This document shows, piece after piece, positions 52,166 to 64,000 of a DNA stretch of 64,000 nucleotides. Under the pieces are notes generated by a model. That model saw only the letters and a program-made list of their open reading frames with translations. It made no database searches and had not been told where the DNA came from. The stretch is from assembly GCA_951406725.2 (NCBI GenBank), contig OX597830.1, positions 55,180,001 through 55,244,000 of the forward strand, written 5' to 3'. Both the position numbers and the translations under genes were made by a program. Source of the stretch: Octopus vulgaris (lineage: Eukaryota). Within the stretch, counting starts at the first letter, position 1. The number at the start of each line of letters is the position of its first letter.

Positions 52166-52439
52166 TGCCCAGCTAAATTAACAACCGACTGATTCTCTCC
52201 CTTCACCATTACCGCCTTTCTTACTTCTCTAGTATGCTGGGACAACAACCCTTTCTCCTTCGCCTTCTTGTTTGTCTTCTCATTATAGCCTTTTTTCTAT
52301 GTATGTTGTGTGTGGTATGCGTATGTTTGTCACTGCAATTATTTGTCTAACCAAACTGTACACAAAAAAATGAATGTGATGATGGTGGGAGGTTCAGACC
52401 ATTATTAGACTTAGGAAGAAGGAAGTAAAACAATCAGCC

Positions 52440-52500
<61 letters not shown>

Positions 52501-54311
52501 CCCCTCTCTCTACAATATCCTTCGACATGTGTCGCAATTAATGTTATTATTACGATTACTATTATTGTTATTATTATTAATGCTATTATTATTATTCTTA
52601 TTAATGCTATTATTATTGTTATTATTGTTCAAGAGGAAAGATTAAAACTTTCACACTTGGCTTCGACCAGACATTTACAGTGAAGCAACAGTTGAGATTG
52701 TTTCGTCTACCTTCAAGGCTTGGCAGAAACCATTTACAATAAGAACAACCAGCTTCCCCCTAAAACTACTTCAATCTTCAAAACCTAAAACTACTTCAAT
52801 CTTCTGATCATCCAGTGAGTATAAACCTTTAGATTTGTATTTCTTTTTAAAATATTACTCGTTATTTTTACCCCGAATCCCTATTACATTAGATTTTCGA
52901 CCTTGCATTACATCCTTTTAAGGTCCGTTATAAAACATCCTACAATGTACCATGTCTGGTAAGTTCACCGTACGATTTTTTTCTTAAAGAAAATATTTTA
53001 AACTATTAAAGGTGAGATACTATGGATATATTTTCACGGTAAACTTTCCTCACGGTGAACTTTTTTCAAGGTGAGTTGATGGCGGTGAACTTAGCTGTAA
53101 TCATAATGTATAGACGGTATTTCAAAAGATTTTTCCCTTCTATCACCAGTATATTTTTGGATTCTGGTGTTGCTGCAAGGAAGCAGAAGCTGGTATCGCA
53201 GAAATGGCATAGGTGCTGACACAGCTTGGTTCCGAGTTCAAATTTCGCTGAGTTATACTTACTGCATTTCATCTATCTGCGAGTGTTGCTGTTTAGATAT
53301 AAGTCTTCACTTATCAAAAGGCCTGTGATTAAAGATATTCCAACCGTGACCGTCCCGTTCTCAGACATAATGCATCTAGGATAAACCTTGTTGTTATGGT
53401 ATTGGATTCCCGATCGTAAGGTCGTGGTTTCGAGTCCCAGAACGATCAGCACGTCGAGTTCTTGATCAACTCCCTTCATTCCCATTATTCCAGTTAGTTC
53501 AGCTGTATTTTAAAAATTCTCAACAGCTGAAGCTTGATCCTGCGACGGACGAGTCCCATTCAGGGATGGGGAAGAGAGTATTGTACTCTCGATCCCTTAT
53601 ACACCACAAAAATATGGTTAAACGCCGGTAGAATGAGCTTGAAGGCTGATATTTGATCTAAACACCTAAGAGGAGATACCAGCAGGTTGAGCGACCCTTT
53701 AAAGGTCTCAGTCTTGACCAAGTACTAGTTATGAATTGAAGGTGATCCAACAGGAAACTCAGTTTTTCATGTTTTACAAATTTTGCGGTTGATGCTAAAA
53801 CCAGAAACTGAAGGCGTTGCTGTTGTTTATTTTGTTTAACCCTGCCCGAGCAGACCTGGTGGAGCAGAGAGCTCCTACAGCATACCTTTGATCAAAAGCT
53901 ATTCCAGTTATAGCCATCCATTCTTTTTAATATGTGCAGAAAACCAAATATTACATTATCTAATGTGTCCCTTTTTCAAGACAGTAGAATGTGTGATTTG
54001 AGGGAGATACGGTTGCTACTTCTAGCAGATCGATAGGCCACATAGAGGCTTCCTCATTAACACGAAAAGGCATAGTCTGAATGTTAAAGCTCTAACGTCA
54101 CCTCCGTCCCACCCGGGGACACTTATTATTGTGTACCAATGTTAAAAACAGCTTTCTTTGTGTTGATGTTGTTGTTGTTTAATAACCCTGCACGATAAAT
54201 GGTTTAGAGAAATGACCGGTACTGGACAGGTATGCATTTAATGGGAAGATAAGCTGTGATCAAGTAGACCAGTTTTTACTGAATTAATAAAAGTATAATA
54301 TCATAATAATC

Positions 54312-54547
54312 TGTTTCTTTTATTACCCACAAGGGGTTGAACATAGAGGGGACAAACAAGGACAGACTAACGGATTGAGTCGATTATATCGACCCCAGTG
54401 CGTAACTGGTACTTTATTTATCGACCCCGAAAGGAGGAAAAGGCAAAGTCGACCTCGGCGGAATTTGAACTCAGAACGTAACGGCAGACGAAATACGGCT
54501 ACGCATTTCGCCCGGCGTGCTAACGTTTCTGCCAGCTCGCCGCCTTG
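54312..54547 (-). mobile_element. SINE family A with 14-bp target-site duplication
   Basis: ATATCATAATAATC at 54298-54311 and 54548-54561. Confidence 0.9.
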
Positions 54548-54857
54548 ATATCATAATAATCAACATAAAGTTGTCCCGTAGGGCCTCTTAATGAACGTTA
54601 GCGTAGAAGCTCTCCGCAGTCTTCAAAACATTCACTTAATTATTTTTAAAATTTGTAAAGAAGGATAACATCACTCTCATCATAGGGTATCAGTATCAAT
54701 TATATTATCATATTACCATATCATCAATTATATTATCATATTACCATATTATCAATATTATTATTTCATCGTCCTCCAGCGGTTCAGCTATGGCTGAGTT
54801 AACCAAAGCTTAATATTTGTTCCTGTTGCGTTTAAACTACCATACTATTTTACGTGT

Positions 54858-55243
54858 TTAAGTCACTTGACTGTGGCCATGTTGGAGCACCGCCTTTAGT
54901 CGAACAAATCGACCCCAGGACTTATTCTTTGTAAGCCTAGTACTTATTCTATCGGTCTCTTTTGCCAAACCGCTAAGTTACGGTGACGTAAACACACCAG
55001 CATCGGTTGTCAAGCGATGTTGGTGGGGGGGGGGGGACAAACACAGACACACAAACATACACACACACACACATATATATACAAATATACGACGGGCTTC
55101 TTTCAGTTTCCGTCTACCAAATCCACTCACAAGGCTTTGGTCGACCAGTAGAAGACACTTGCCCAAGGTGCCACTTAGTGGGACTGAAGCCGGAACCATG
55201 TGGTTTGTAAACAAGCTACTTACCACACAGCCACTCCTACGCC
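54858..55243 (-). mobile_element. SINE family B full-length copy
   Basis: Reverse complement of the consensus seen at 22819 and 57704. Confidence 0.85.
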
Positions 55244-56679
55244 TGAAATACATCCTTGTATTTCAGTTAGGATTAACTCGGACTTCGTGTAAACCTGACC
55301 AAACTGCGAGAATCTTGCATAGCCCGAACAATTTTCCACAATATTTATTTGAATAACTACAGTCATTTCAATTCTGCTGGCAAAATTTAATTTTCAAGCA
55401 AATAAATATTGTATCAACAGTTTCTAAGAATGTAGTATTGTTTTGTAATGTCTCTATCACTAACAGACGGTCTGCTATGTTCTCTGGGATACACTTGATC
55501 TTACAAAGTGGTGAAAATGTTTAGATTTACTTTGGCACACTTAGACCCAGCGTTGTTTCCTTTCCCAGAACATTTGATCGATTTTTCTACTGCATGGTCA
55601 AGATGTATTTGGAATTGTTACCGAAACTCAACTCTGGTACAATGCTGCAGGAAAAATCTTCTGGAGAAGGAACTAAGCATAAGCCACATCTGTGAGATGG
55701 TTGTCAAAATTCCTACCTGTATCGGACATAGTACAGAGGGAGGTGGGGAATATTGTACTCTCGACCCCTATACATTACGAAAATGGGTTAAAAACCAGCT
55801 TAAGGAGTCCGAAGACTTGTAACAGAGTTTAATACCCAAGAGGGGATGCGGTGGCTGTGAGTCCATTGATACACCGCGTACCGGCCAGTTGTAGCAGCTC
55901 ATCCACTGCTGGGTGGCGGGAAATCCATTAATACACCACGTGTCGGACAGTTGGAGAAGCTGAGTGGAGGTGAGTCCATTGTTCAGTTCTTAGGAACTCC
56001 CCCCTGTCCGGTTGACAGGGTTCAACGGAGCGGTGTTGTCATACAAGGTTAGTAGCCAGTCTTTCGAGCTTCTTGCAAAGATCATCGTCAACATCCATCA
56101 GCGGTAAGAGATGATAGACAAGATGCACAAATCTCTTTTCATGAACCTGTCAGCTTGGCCAAAATGATTTCTTGTTGCTGAAGGTAGACTTTGTGTTGTT
56201 GAAACCTGAAGATGCACAGAAAGCAGGTAACACTCGTGATTGTGATTCCTTCAAGCCTGCACAAATGGTGTTGTGGTAAAACCTACGAGTGTGTTCTCTC
56301 TATGTAGTAACATGTCTGTATGTGTTGCATATGTGATGTGTCTATTTGTGTGTGGATCAGTGTGGGCGTTTATGTGTCCCGGTGTGCCTCTGTGTGTAGG
56401 TGTGTGCATTCTGTATGTATTTTGTGTGTGTGTGTATTCTCTGAGTGTCTGTCTGTTCATGTACGTTCTGTGTGTGAATATGCGTGTGCGACTGTGTGTG
56501 TCTTTATGTATCTGTATTGTATGTATGTGTGTAGGTGCCTGTGTGTAAATGTATGTATATGTGTATGTATGTGTGCATGCGTGTTCTGTGCGTGCTTTCT
56601 GTGTATATGTCATTGTTCTCTGTGTGCGTGTCTTTGTTCTGTATATGTGTATGGGCTCTCGCTTGTGTGTGTGTATGTC

Positions 56680-56730
<51 letters not shown>

Positions 56731-57388
56731 CCTTTACGAATTACCACCATCCTGCTCTTGAACAGCCAACTCAGTGTGTTACCCAGTTTAATCCTCAGCT
56801 CCCCACCCCGGTCCTTGGGTACCACTAGCCAAGTCCACCCTTTTATTTTGGACCAGGACTCCGGTTTCAGGATGCCATCCCCTCTCTTTCCCCTACTATG
56901 CTCGGGGGACCTAAAGGCATCTAACGGCGTTGCATTTCCTAGTTTGAATTAATATAAAAGAAAAAAAAAACAGAAAAGAAATCTTCGACTTATATGCATC
57001 TCATAGTCGCAACGGACTTACGAGCGCCTCTTTTGTAGTATTTGTGAATAAGTTTCAAGTTTCCCCCTTGGACAGAGCTCCGGTTACTATCACATGAAGC
57101 ATTCCATAGTGGTTTGGCTATCTTTATCTCAACAGATAAGAAACAATACAGAATTTAGAATAGCATGAATTTACTCCAGCCCCTTACATAAATGGGGGTG
57201 ACAACCCTACTAGCCGCCAGTTCCGGACTCAAATGGCTCCGAGTAACAGTATCTAGTATGGGCTCCTGTTAGGGGTCACGGATTTCTTGAGAAAACCATT
57301 GAAATACCATACTGACATCTGGCAGTAGTTGTTATGTCACACGACTGGGTGATGAACTCTAGCTTTTGGCTAAGAGTCATCTAATAAT

Positions 57389-57603
57389 GATTTCAAATTT
57401 CGGCACAAGGCCAGCAGTATCAGGGGCGTGGTAAGCTGATTACATCAACCCCAGTGCTCAACCGGTACATATTATATCGACCCCGAAAGGATGAATGGCA
57501 AAGTCGACCTCGGCGGAATTTGAACACAGAATGTAAAGACGGACGAAATACTGCTAAGCATTTTGCCTGGCGTGCTAACATTTCTGCCAGCTTGCTACCT
57601 TTG
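57389..57603 (-). mobile_element. SINE family A with target-site duplication
   Basis: AGAGTCATCTAATAAT flanks both sides. Confidence 0.85.
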
Positions 57604-57703
57604 AGAGTCATCTAATAATTATATCTCGATAAAAAAAAACACTGGTTGGTGATAAATCTCATGCCACACACAGAGGCATGTTATTTTTGAAAAAGAGTTC
57701 ACA

Positions 57704-57851
57704 AGGCGTGGGAGTGGCTGTGTGGTAAGTAGCTTGCTTACGAACCACATGGTTCCGGGTTCAGTCCCACTATGTGGCACCTTGGGCAAGTGTTTTCTAC
57801 TATAGCCTTGTGAGTGGATTTGGTAGACGGAAACTGAAGCCTGTCGTATAA

Positions 57852-57898
<47 letters not shown>

Positions 57899-58105
57899 TG
57901 TATGCGTGTGTGTATATATGTTTATTTGTGTCTGTTTGTACCCCTAACATCACTTGACAACCGATGCTGGTGTGTTTACGTCCCCGTAACTTAGCGGTTC
58001 GGTAAAAGAGACTGATAGAATAAATACTAGGCTTACAAAGAATAAGTCTCAACTAAAGGCGGTGCTCCAGCATGGCCACAGTCAAATGACTGAAACAAGT
58101 AAAAG
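57704..58105 (+). mobile_element. SINE family B full-length copy
   Basis: GGCGTGGGAGTGGCTGTGTGGTAAG...GGCACCTTGGGCAAGTG...GACTGAAACAAGTAAAAGAG. Confidence 0.85.
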
Positions 58106-58502
58106 AGAGAGAGAGAGAGAGAAAGGCAGGGAATTGTCTTGTAGTAGACCTGTGGTGTTCGATCCAGCTCCTGTTACATCGCGCCCTACTTTAGAAAATG
58201 CTTGTTTGGTAATACAGGAGTATGAATTCTGGAGAGGTGGGGGTTGTGTACTTTGTCTGTTGCCCCCATCCCTGGGATATAACTAAAAGCCAACTAAAGT
58301 TTTAAAGTTTCATAAACAATGGGTTATGGTAGACCAATAGGAGTGTATAGTTATTTGCTCTTTTGGTTTCAGGTTCTCGGTTGATGGAACACTGTGCCTT
58401 CCTTAAACCAGTTGGGGACCTTTTCGGGATTTTGTGTCAGTGTACCAATTTCCTTGGCTATTGTAATAACTTGCACATTTTTACAAATGTATTTATCCAA
58501 GC

Positions 58503-58885
58503 GTGGAGGCGGAATGGCCCAGTGGTTAGGGCAGCGGACTCGCGGTCGTAGGATCGCGGTTTCGATTCACAGACCGGGCGTTGTGAGTGTTTATTGAGCG
58601 AAAACACCTAAAAGCTCCACGAGGCTCCGGCAGGGGATGGTGGTGGTCCCTGCTGTACTCTTTCACCACAACTCTCTCTCTCTTACTTCCTGTTTCTGTT
58701 GTACCTGTATTTCAAAGGGCCGGCCTTGTCACTCTCTGTGTCACGCTGAATATCCCCGAGAACTACGTTAAGGGTACACGTGTCTGTGGAGTGCTCAGCC
58801 ACTTACACGTTAATTTCACGAGCAGACTGTTCCGTTGATCGGATCAACCGGAACCCTCGTAGTCGGAACCGACGGAGTGCTTCCA
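58503..58885 (+). mobile_element. tRNA-headed SINE family C with 12-bp target-site duplication
   Basis: A/B-box head TGGCCCAGTGGTTAGG...GGTTTCGATTCAC; ATTTATCCAAGC at 58491-58502 and 58886-58897. Confidence 0.85.
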
Positions 58886-59054
58886 ATTTATCCAAGCATT
58901 TGGGATTTGATCTATTTCTGGCAACTACTTCTGTTTAAATGTTTCGCTACGGGCCTGCCTTAACTCTGTCACTTAAACCTTGTTGTGGTTCCACATCTTT
59001 CATCCTTTCATTTGCCTTGTTATAGTCATATGAGTTACTTCAGATGTTTTAGCA

Positions 59055-59610
59055 ATATTCCTCAACTTCATTATATATCAATAAGTGAATCCCTTATTTT
59101 TTCGTTTTCTTTTTTTTTTACTCTATACCTCTATAAAATTTCACTTTTCTTTGAATAATCTTGTTCTGATTATAGAATTTACTTCACTTTTTGCTTTGAA
59201 TTGAATACATTGCTTCAAGGTCTCTTTGACGGAAATGAGACTTTGTTCATATGTTATTTTGTATTTTCTTTTATCTTTTCTTGCTTTTCTAATTTTGACA
59301 TTTATTTCCTTCGAAAGCTCATCAGCAATCGACAATTACTCTCTCAGATATTTAATTAGCTTTTATATTTTGACTTCTCAATTTGCTTGTTTGTCAATAT
59401 ACTTTTTCCATCTTTTTCTTTATTTTGAGTTCAATTTAGTTGATTAAAACTTTTGCCATAGAGTATACGAGGTTATTGATGGATGTTAGATCAGTTCTAC
59501 CTTCTCTCAGTATTTCTTTTATCGTTTTGGAATTTTGGCAGCTGGTCTCTGCACCTCATTCTAGCATTATAGGGTTATACTCAATTCTCTAATGATATTT
59601 TTCTTGGCTA
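59055..59610 (-). mobile_element. Non-LTR retrotransposon fragment (R4/Dong-like pre-RT region), partly duplicated at 61460-61755
   Basis: Translation SVKETLKQCIQFKAQRVR...KFYNQNKIIQRK...FYR (best preserved in the 61460 copy) resembles the region upstream of RT in REL-type elements. Confidence 0.5.
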
Positions 59611-59619
59611 CTCTCTCTC

Positions 59620-60062
59620 TCTTTTACTCTTTTACTTATTTCAGTCATTTGACTGTGGCCTTGCTGGAACACAGCCTTTAGTCGAATCAAATCGAACCCA
59701 GGACTTATTCTTTGTAAGCCTAGTACTTATTCTATCGGTTTCTTTTGCCGAACCGCTAAGTTACGGGGACGTAAACACACCAGCATCGGTTGTCAAGCGA
59801 TGTTGGGGGGACAAACACAGATACACATACATACATACATACATACATACATACATACATACATACATACATACATACACATATATATATACATATATAC
59901 GACAGGCTTCTTTCAGTTTCCGTCTACCAAATCCACTCACAAGGCTTTGGTCGGCCCGAGGCTATAGTAGAAGACACTTGCACAAGGTGCCACGCAGTGG
60001 GACTGAAGCCGGAACCATGTGGTTGGTAAGCAAGCTACTTTACCACACAGCTACTCCTGCGC
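59620..60062 (-). mobile_element. SINE family B full-length copy
   Basis: Matches family B consensus, with internal (TACA)n. Confidence 0.85.
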
Positions 60063-60229
60063 TTGCGATTTTGTTTTATATTCTTCAAGAAGTAGGATAT
60101 TATCATTATCTTAATTTTCTGAGGCCTGATTGTTATCCTCTTCACTGCTTTCACAGTTTCTGGCCTCATTTACTCGTTGATCGATCTTTTCTTCGGTTAT
60201 ACTACGTACAGCTACAACAACGTATTCTA

Positions 60230-61400
60230 CAAGGTGCATTTCAGAAGTTTTGAGACTTTTTCAGGTGAAATATCAATTTCAAAGAAGTACACAACTCTAA
60301 CCTCTTTCAAAGTGGGATCCTCTAAATTCAATGCACTTGTTGTAGCGTTACAGCCATTTCGTGAAGCCCTCGTGGAGATCCTTCAAAGTGAAGCTGTCCA
60401 GGATCTTTGTCACAGCCTCCTTCATCTTCTCAATGTCTTCAAAATGACTGCCTTGAGCTTCCCATTCAGCTTATGGAACAACCAAAAGTCGCAGGGAGCA
60501 AGGTCTGGACTGAGGGGAGGGTGAAGAAAAGTTGTGATGCCCATCTCTATCAAGTATTTGTTTATTCGGACGGAATTGTAGACTGACCCATGGCCCTAGT
60601 GGAGGTGCCACTGACCCGAATAAAGAGCTCCGGCTCTCTGCGACGAAATTTCTTCCTGAACTCCCACAAACCTCTACAAATTACTCTCTGTTGACCGTCT
60701 CACCAGAGGGAACCTAATGGATGTAGATGATGCCCTTGTTGATGAAAAAGGAGGTCATCATAAGCGTCCCGGTGGACTTGCTTTGCCTAGCCTTATTGGG
60801 TCTGGGGGAACCAGGATGCTTCCATTGGGCACTTATTCTCTTGGTTTTAAGATCATATTAATAGATCCAGCTTTCGTTACAGGCCACTAGAGATTCAAGT
60901 ACTCTTGGATTGGAAGTGATGAGTCCAACCATCCTCCAGCTGTCAAACGATGCGTCTTTCCTCCTGTTCATCACTGAACACCCCGCGAACAATATTTTCA
61001 CAAATTTTGCGCATGTTCAGGTTTTCATGAATAATTCTGTGTACATTTGCCACACCAACTCCAAATTATGCTTATTGTCTTTATAGACAGACACACGACG
61101 GCCATCATCCAGAAAATTACCAATTTTCTCAACCAGTTTTGACGTTCTGACGTCCCTCTCCCTTCTACACCTCTCATCGTCCCTCACTTACTTTCTAATG
61201 TCCTTAAACTTCTTGTGCTAGCAAAAAGTATGATCGGATCATACAAGTTAATTCATAAGCATTCTGAAGCATTTTATAAGTTTCTGTAGCGTTTTTGCCT
61301 GTTTTTTTTTTTTTACAAAACTTTACAGAATACCGAGCTTCCAAATTGTCTTCATGTTCGACAGCAAACAGTGTTTAGAGGGGGGTGTTCGAAGTGCTGT
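60230..61400 (-). pseudogene. Decayed mariner transposase with one visible TIR
   Basis: TA|CAAGGTGCATTTCAGAAGTTTTGAGACTT end. Minus-strand motifs ARYSVKFC..TGKNATETYKML, VACNESWIY*YD (first catalytic D degenerate), SPDLAPCDFWLF, and C-terminal RYNKCIEFRGSHFE. Multiple stops and frameshifts. Confidence 0.85.
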
Positions 61401-62096
61401 TAAAGCCATTTCCTTCAATCTGGAGCAAAGAAGTTGACAAGTCAACTTAATAGATGTATATATTCCTCAACTTCATATATATCAATAAGTGAATCCCTTA
61501 TTTTTTCATTTTTTACTCCATACCTCTATAAAATTTCATTACTTTTCTTTGAATAATCTTGTTCTGATTATAGAATTTACTCCACTTTTTTTTCTCTCCA
61601 TATATTCTAACCCGTTGTGCTTTGAATTGAATACATTGCTTCAAGGTCTCTTTGACGGAAATGAGACTTTGTTCATATGTTATTTTGTATTTTCTTTTAT
61701 CTGTTCTTGCTTTTCTAATTTTGACATTTATTTTCTTCGAAAGCTCATCAGCAATATATATGTATATATAAACGCACGTGTGTATGCGTGCACATTCACA
61801 TGCGCATACGCATATATACAAGAGACTTCCACAAGTTTCCGCTACCTATTTCACTCAAAAGGAATTGGGCGACCCAGGACTATAGTAAAACACACTTGCG
61901 GAAGGCGCCGAGCAGTGGTACGGAACACGAAATCACGTCTTTCGACTTCTGAGTAAACCCCAATAGTTTTTAGTGACCTATACATGTAATGTGGCCACAC
62001 CCATCGCCCTTGGGGCAATCATTTATCTCAACAGCAACATACAGTACATCAATTTGATTTGATATGATTTCAGGTCCTGCTCCAACACTCAACAGA

Positions 62097-62178
62097 ATGT
62101 CTGGTGTTATTAAATCGTTAATAATGATTATGTTAATGCATCTCAATGTGACACAAGTGAAAGTGGAGTCTTCTAAAG
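62097..62178 (+). CDS. Probable signal-peptide exon of a GH18 chitinase (MSGVIKSLIMIMLMHLNVTQVKVESSK)
   Basis: Acceptor atttcag|gtcc at 62073/62074, ATG at 62097 and a hydrophobic core. Donor AAAG|gtaacg at 62178/62179 is phase 1; G+CT gives Ala in frame with the exon at 63259. Confidence 0.6.
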
Positions 62179-62331
62179 GTAACGATATAGTTCTGTATGT
62201 CTCCTCTCTCTCTCTCACTCTCTTTCATTCCCTATTTCTCCCTCTTCTTCTCTCTCTCACTCTCTCCCTCTTTCTCTCTCATTCTCTCAATTACATTCTC
62301 TCCCTCTTTCTTTCTTTCTCTCCCACTCACT

Positions 62332-62372
<41 letters not shown>

Positions 62373-62409
62373 TTATAAATATACGTATGTATGTATGCAT
62401 GTATGTATA

Positions 62410-62489
<80 letters not shown>

Positions 62490-62495
<6 letters not shown>

Positions 62496-62745
62496 ATTAA
62501 ATTAGAGATAAAACCACTATTAGGCAAATCATACAATGAAAAACTTAAGCCAATACATAAGATTAATTAATTTATATTATTTAAATATATATCAAAATTA
62601 TTAAAAAAGATAATTAATATAACACTACGATCGTTTCATGGCTGTTCAATTCTTAAAATTTTCGAGTTACAGTCATTCTTCAGGTGGTTTAAATATAAAT
62701 CTGATCTTTCCCTGTAAGTTTGGATATATTCCCTAATATTTTATT
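62490..62745. mobile_element. Hammerhead-bearing (TA)n-embedded element in chitinase intron
   Basis: Homologous to 21876-22190; bounded by (TA)n on both sides. Confidence 0.6.
62623..62686 (-). ncRNA. Minimal type I hammerhead ribozyme, canonical core
   Basis: Minus strand reads CAC-CUGAAGA-AUGACUGU(23 nt)ACAGCCAU-GAAA-CGAUCG-UA-GUG. Stem I CAC/GUG, 8-bp stem II with one mismatch, palindromic stem III ACGAUCGU, GUA cleavage triplet. Confidence 0.8.
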
Positions 62746-62810
62746 TTATATATATATATATATATATTTTGTATGTATATATATATATGTATATACACAC
62801 ACACACATAT

Positions 62811-62883
<73 letters not shown>

Positions 62884-63191
62884 ATATATATATAATGTAT
62901 GTATGTATAGATGTAAGATAAAGGGATAAAACTCCGTATTATATAATAAAACTTCCATTTTTTAAGTACTTAATCTTAAGTGTTCGGGCAAAATTTCTTT
63001 TGAACTTGTCACATATTTGAATATATTTATATTATATCCGCCGAGGTCGAGTTTGCCTTTCATCCTTTCGGGATCGATAAATTAAGTACCAGTTGCGTAC
63101 TGGGGTCGATCTAATCGACTGGCCCCGCTTTCCCCAAAGTATATACATATATATACATATGTATATACATATATCTACATACATACATACA

Positions 63192-63224
<33 letters not shown>

Positions 63225-63258
63225 TATAACATATACTTTTTCTGCTTTTCGTACCTAG

Positions 63259-63438
63259 CTAAATCCTACAAGAGAGTGTGCTATTATACCAACTGGTCTC
63301 AGTATCGTGCCTCCCCTGCGAAGCTACTGCCGAAAGACATTGATCCTTTCCTTTGTACACACCTTGTGTTCGCTTTTGCAAAATTTGATCACAGCGGCCA
63401 TCTTGCACCGACCGGTTGGAATGACAATGCGTATACAA
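63259..63438 (+). CDS. Glycoside hydrolase family 18 chitinase / chitotriosidase-like, first catalytic-domain exon (gene continues beyond window)
   Basis: Translates to KSYKRVCYYTNWSQYRASPAKLLPKDIDPFLCTHLVFAFAKFDHSGHLAPTGWND, the classic GH18 N-terminus (VCYYTNWSQYR...IDPFLCTH..FAF). Acceptor cttttcgtacctag|, donor A|gtaagt; 180 bp, phase 1-1. Confidence 0.92.
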
Positions 63439-64000
63439 GTAAGTGACTATAGTTAATTAATAAATGTTTATGTTTGGGTTTATATTATAGATTGCACTGG
63501 TCGACAAGTATTTTTCATCAAGCACGTACGTAGCGTAGATTTTATGCTGATTTCAAATATACAATTAGTTTTTTGACATCACGTAAAGTATTCAAGATGA
63601 GAAAGTTTTCTGGTTTTAGCCCATGCATTATATAGAATTTCCAATTAATGACGTGGATACCTGTATTTCATTTACATCATGGAAACATACCTTTAAAATA
63701 AACTACATTATCCATAACTGCATAGTTCAGGTGAAATATTTCATCATATTAAATTAGCCAATCAAGTTTTGTCTGATGAAATAGGTATTTCAACATCTCA
63801 AATTGTCCGGTCATAATTGGTCTGATGAAATATTTAATCATCTCAAATTTAATATAAGTTTAACCGTTTGTATCTATTTCCTTACTTGTTTTACAGTGTC
63901 AACAATGCTAAGACAGTGTAAAAATTGTCTTGATGTGTTTTGTTGTCTATGGACAATTTATTGTGAAAGCTCAAAAACGTACAATAACACCAGAGATCAA

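Noticed and set aside
51480-52192. 233-aa and 165-aa YLSI-repeat ORFs (and all YIYI, MYVC, HTHT ORFs)
   Set aside because: Microsatellite translations.
58510-58580. tRNA gene (also at 32840-32910)
   Set aside because: The tRNA-like head continues into a SINE body with a TSD; no proper acceptor stem.

Overview
This is AT-rich, microsatellite- and SINE-dense animal genomic DNA; the repeat content resembles an octopus (inferred, not verified). It contains the last two coding exons and a long repeat-free 3' region of a GPATCH8/ZNF804-family gene (+, 5665-7109 joined in phase to 8624-12563). It also contains the first two coding exons of a secreted GH18 chitinase (+, 62097-62178 and 63259-63438). 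The ~46 kb between the genes holds decayed repeats: four SINE-like families, RTE, Tx1-like and R4/Dong-like LINE fragments, mariner and maT-like transposase relics, a non-autonomous Helitron, MITE-like hairpins and an ~850 bp interstitial (TTAGGG)n array. The most notable signal is a set of at least eight minimal type I hammerhead-ribozyme-like motifs, read by eye, in short elements embedded in (TA)n/(GT)n microsatellites. They show the short palindromic stem III typical of Penelope-like/retrozyme hammerheads. Several have non-canonical cores, including a compensatory G3-C8 swap. Most short ORFs in the supplied track are microsatellite or repeat artefacts. All repeat boundaries are approximate manual calls.
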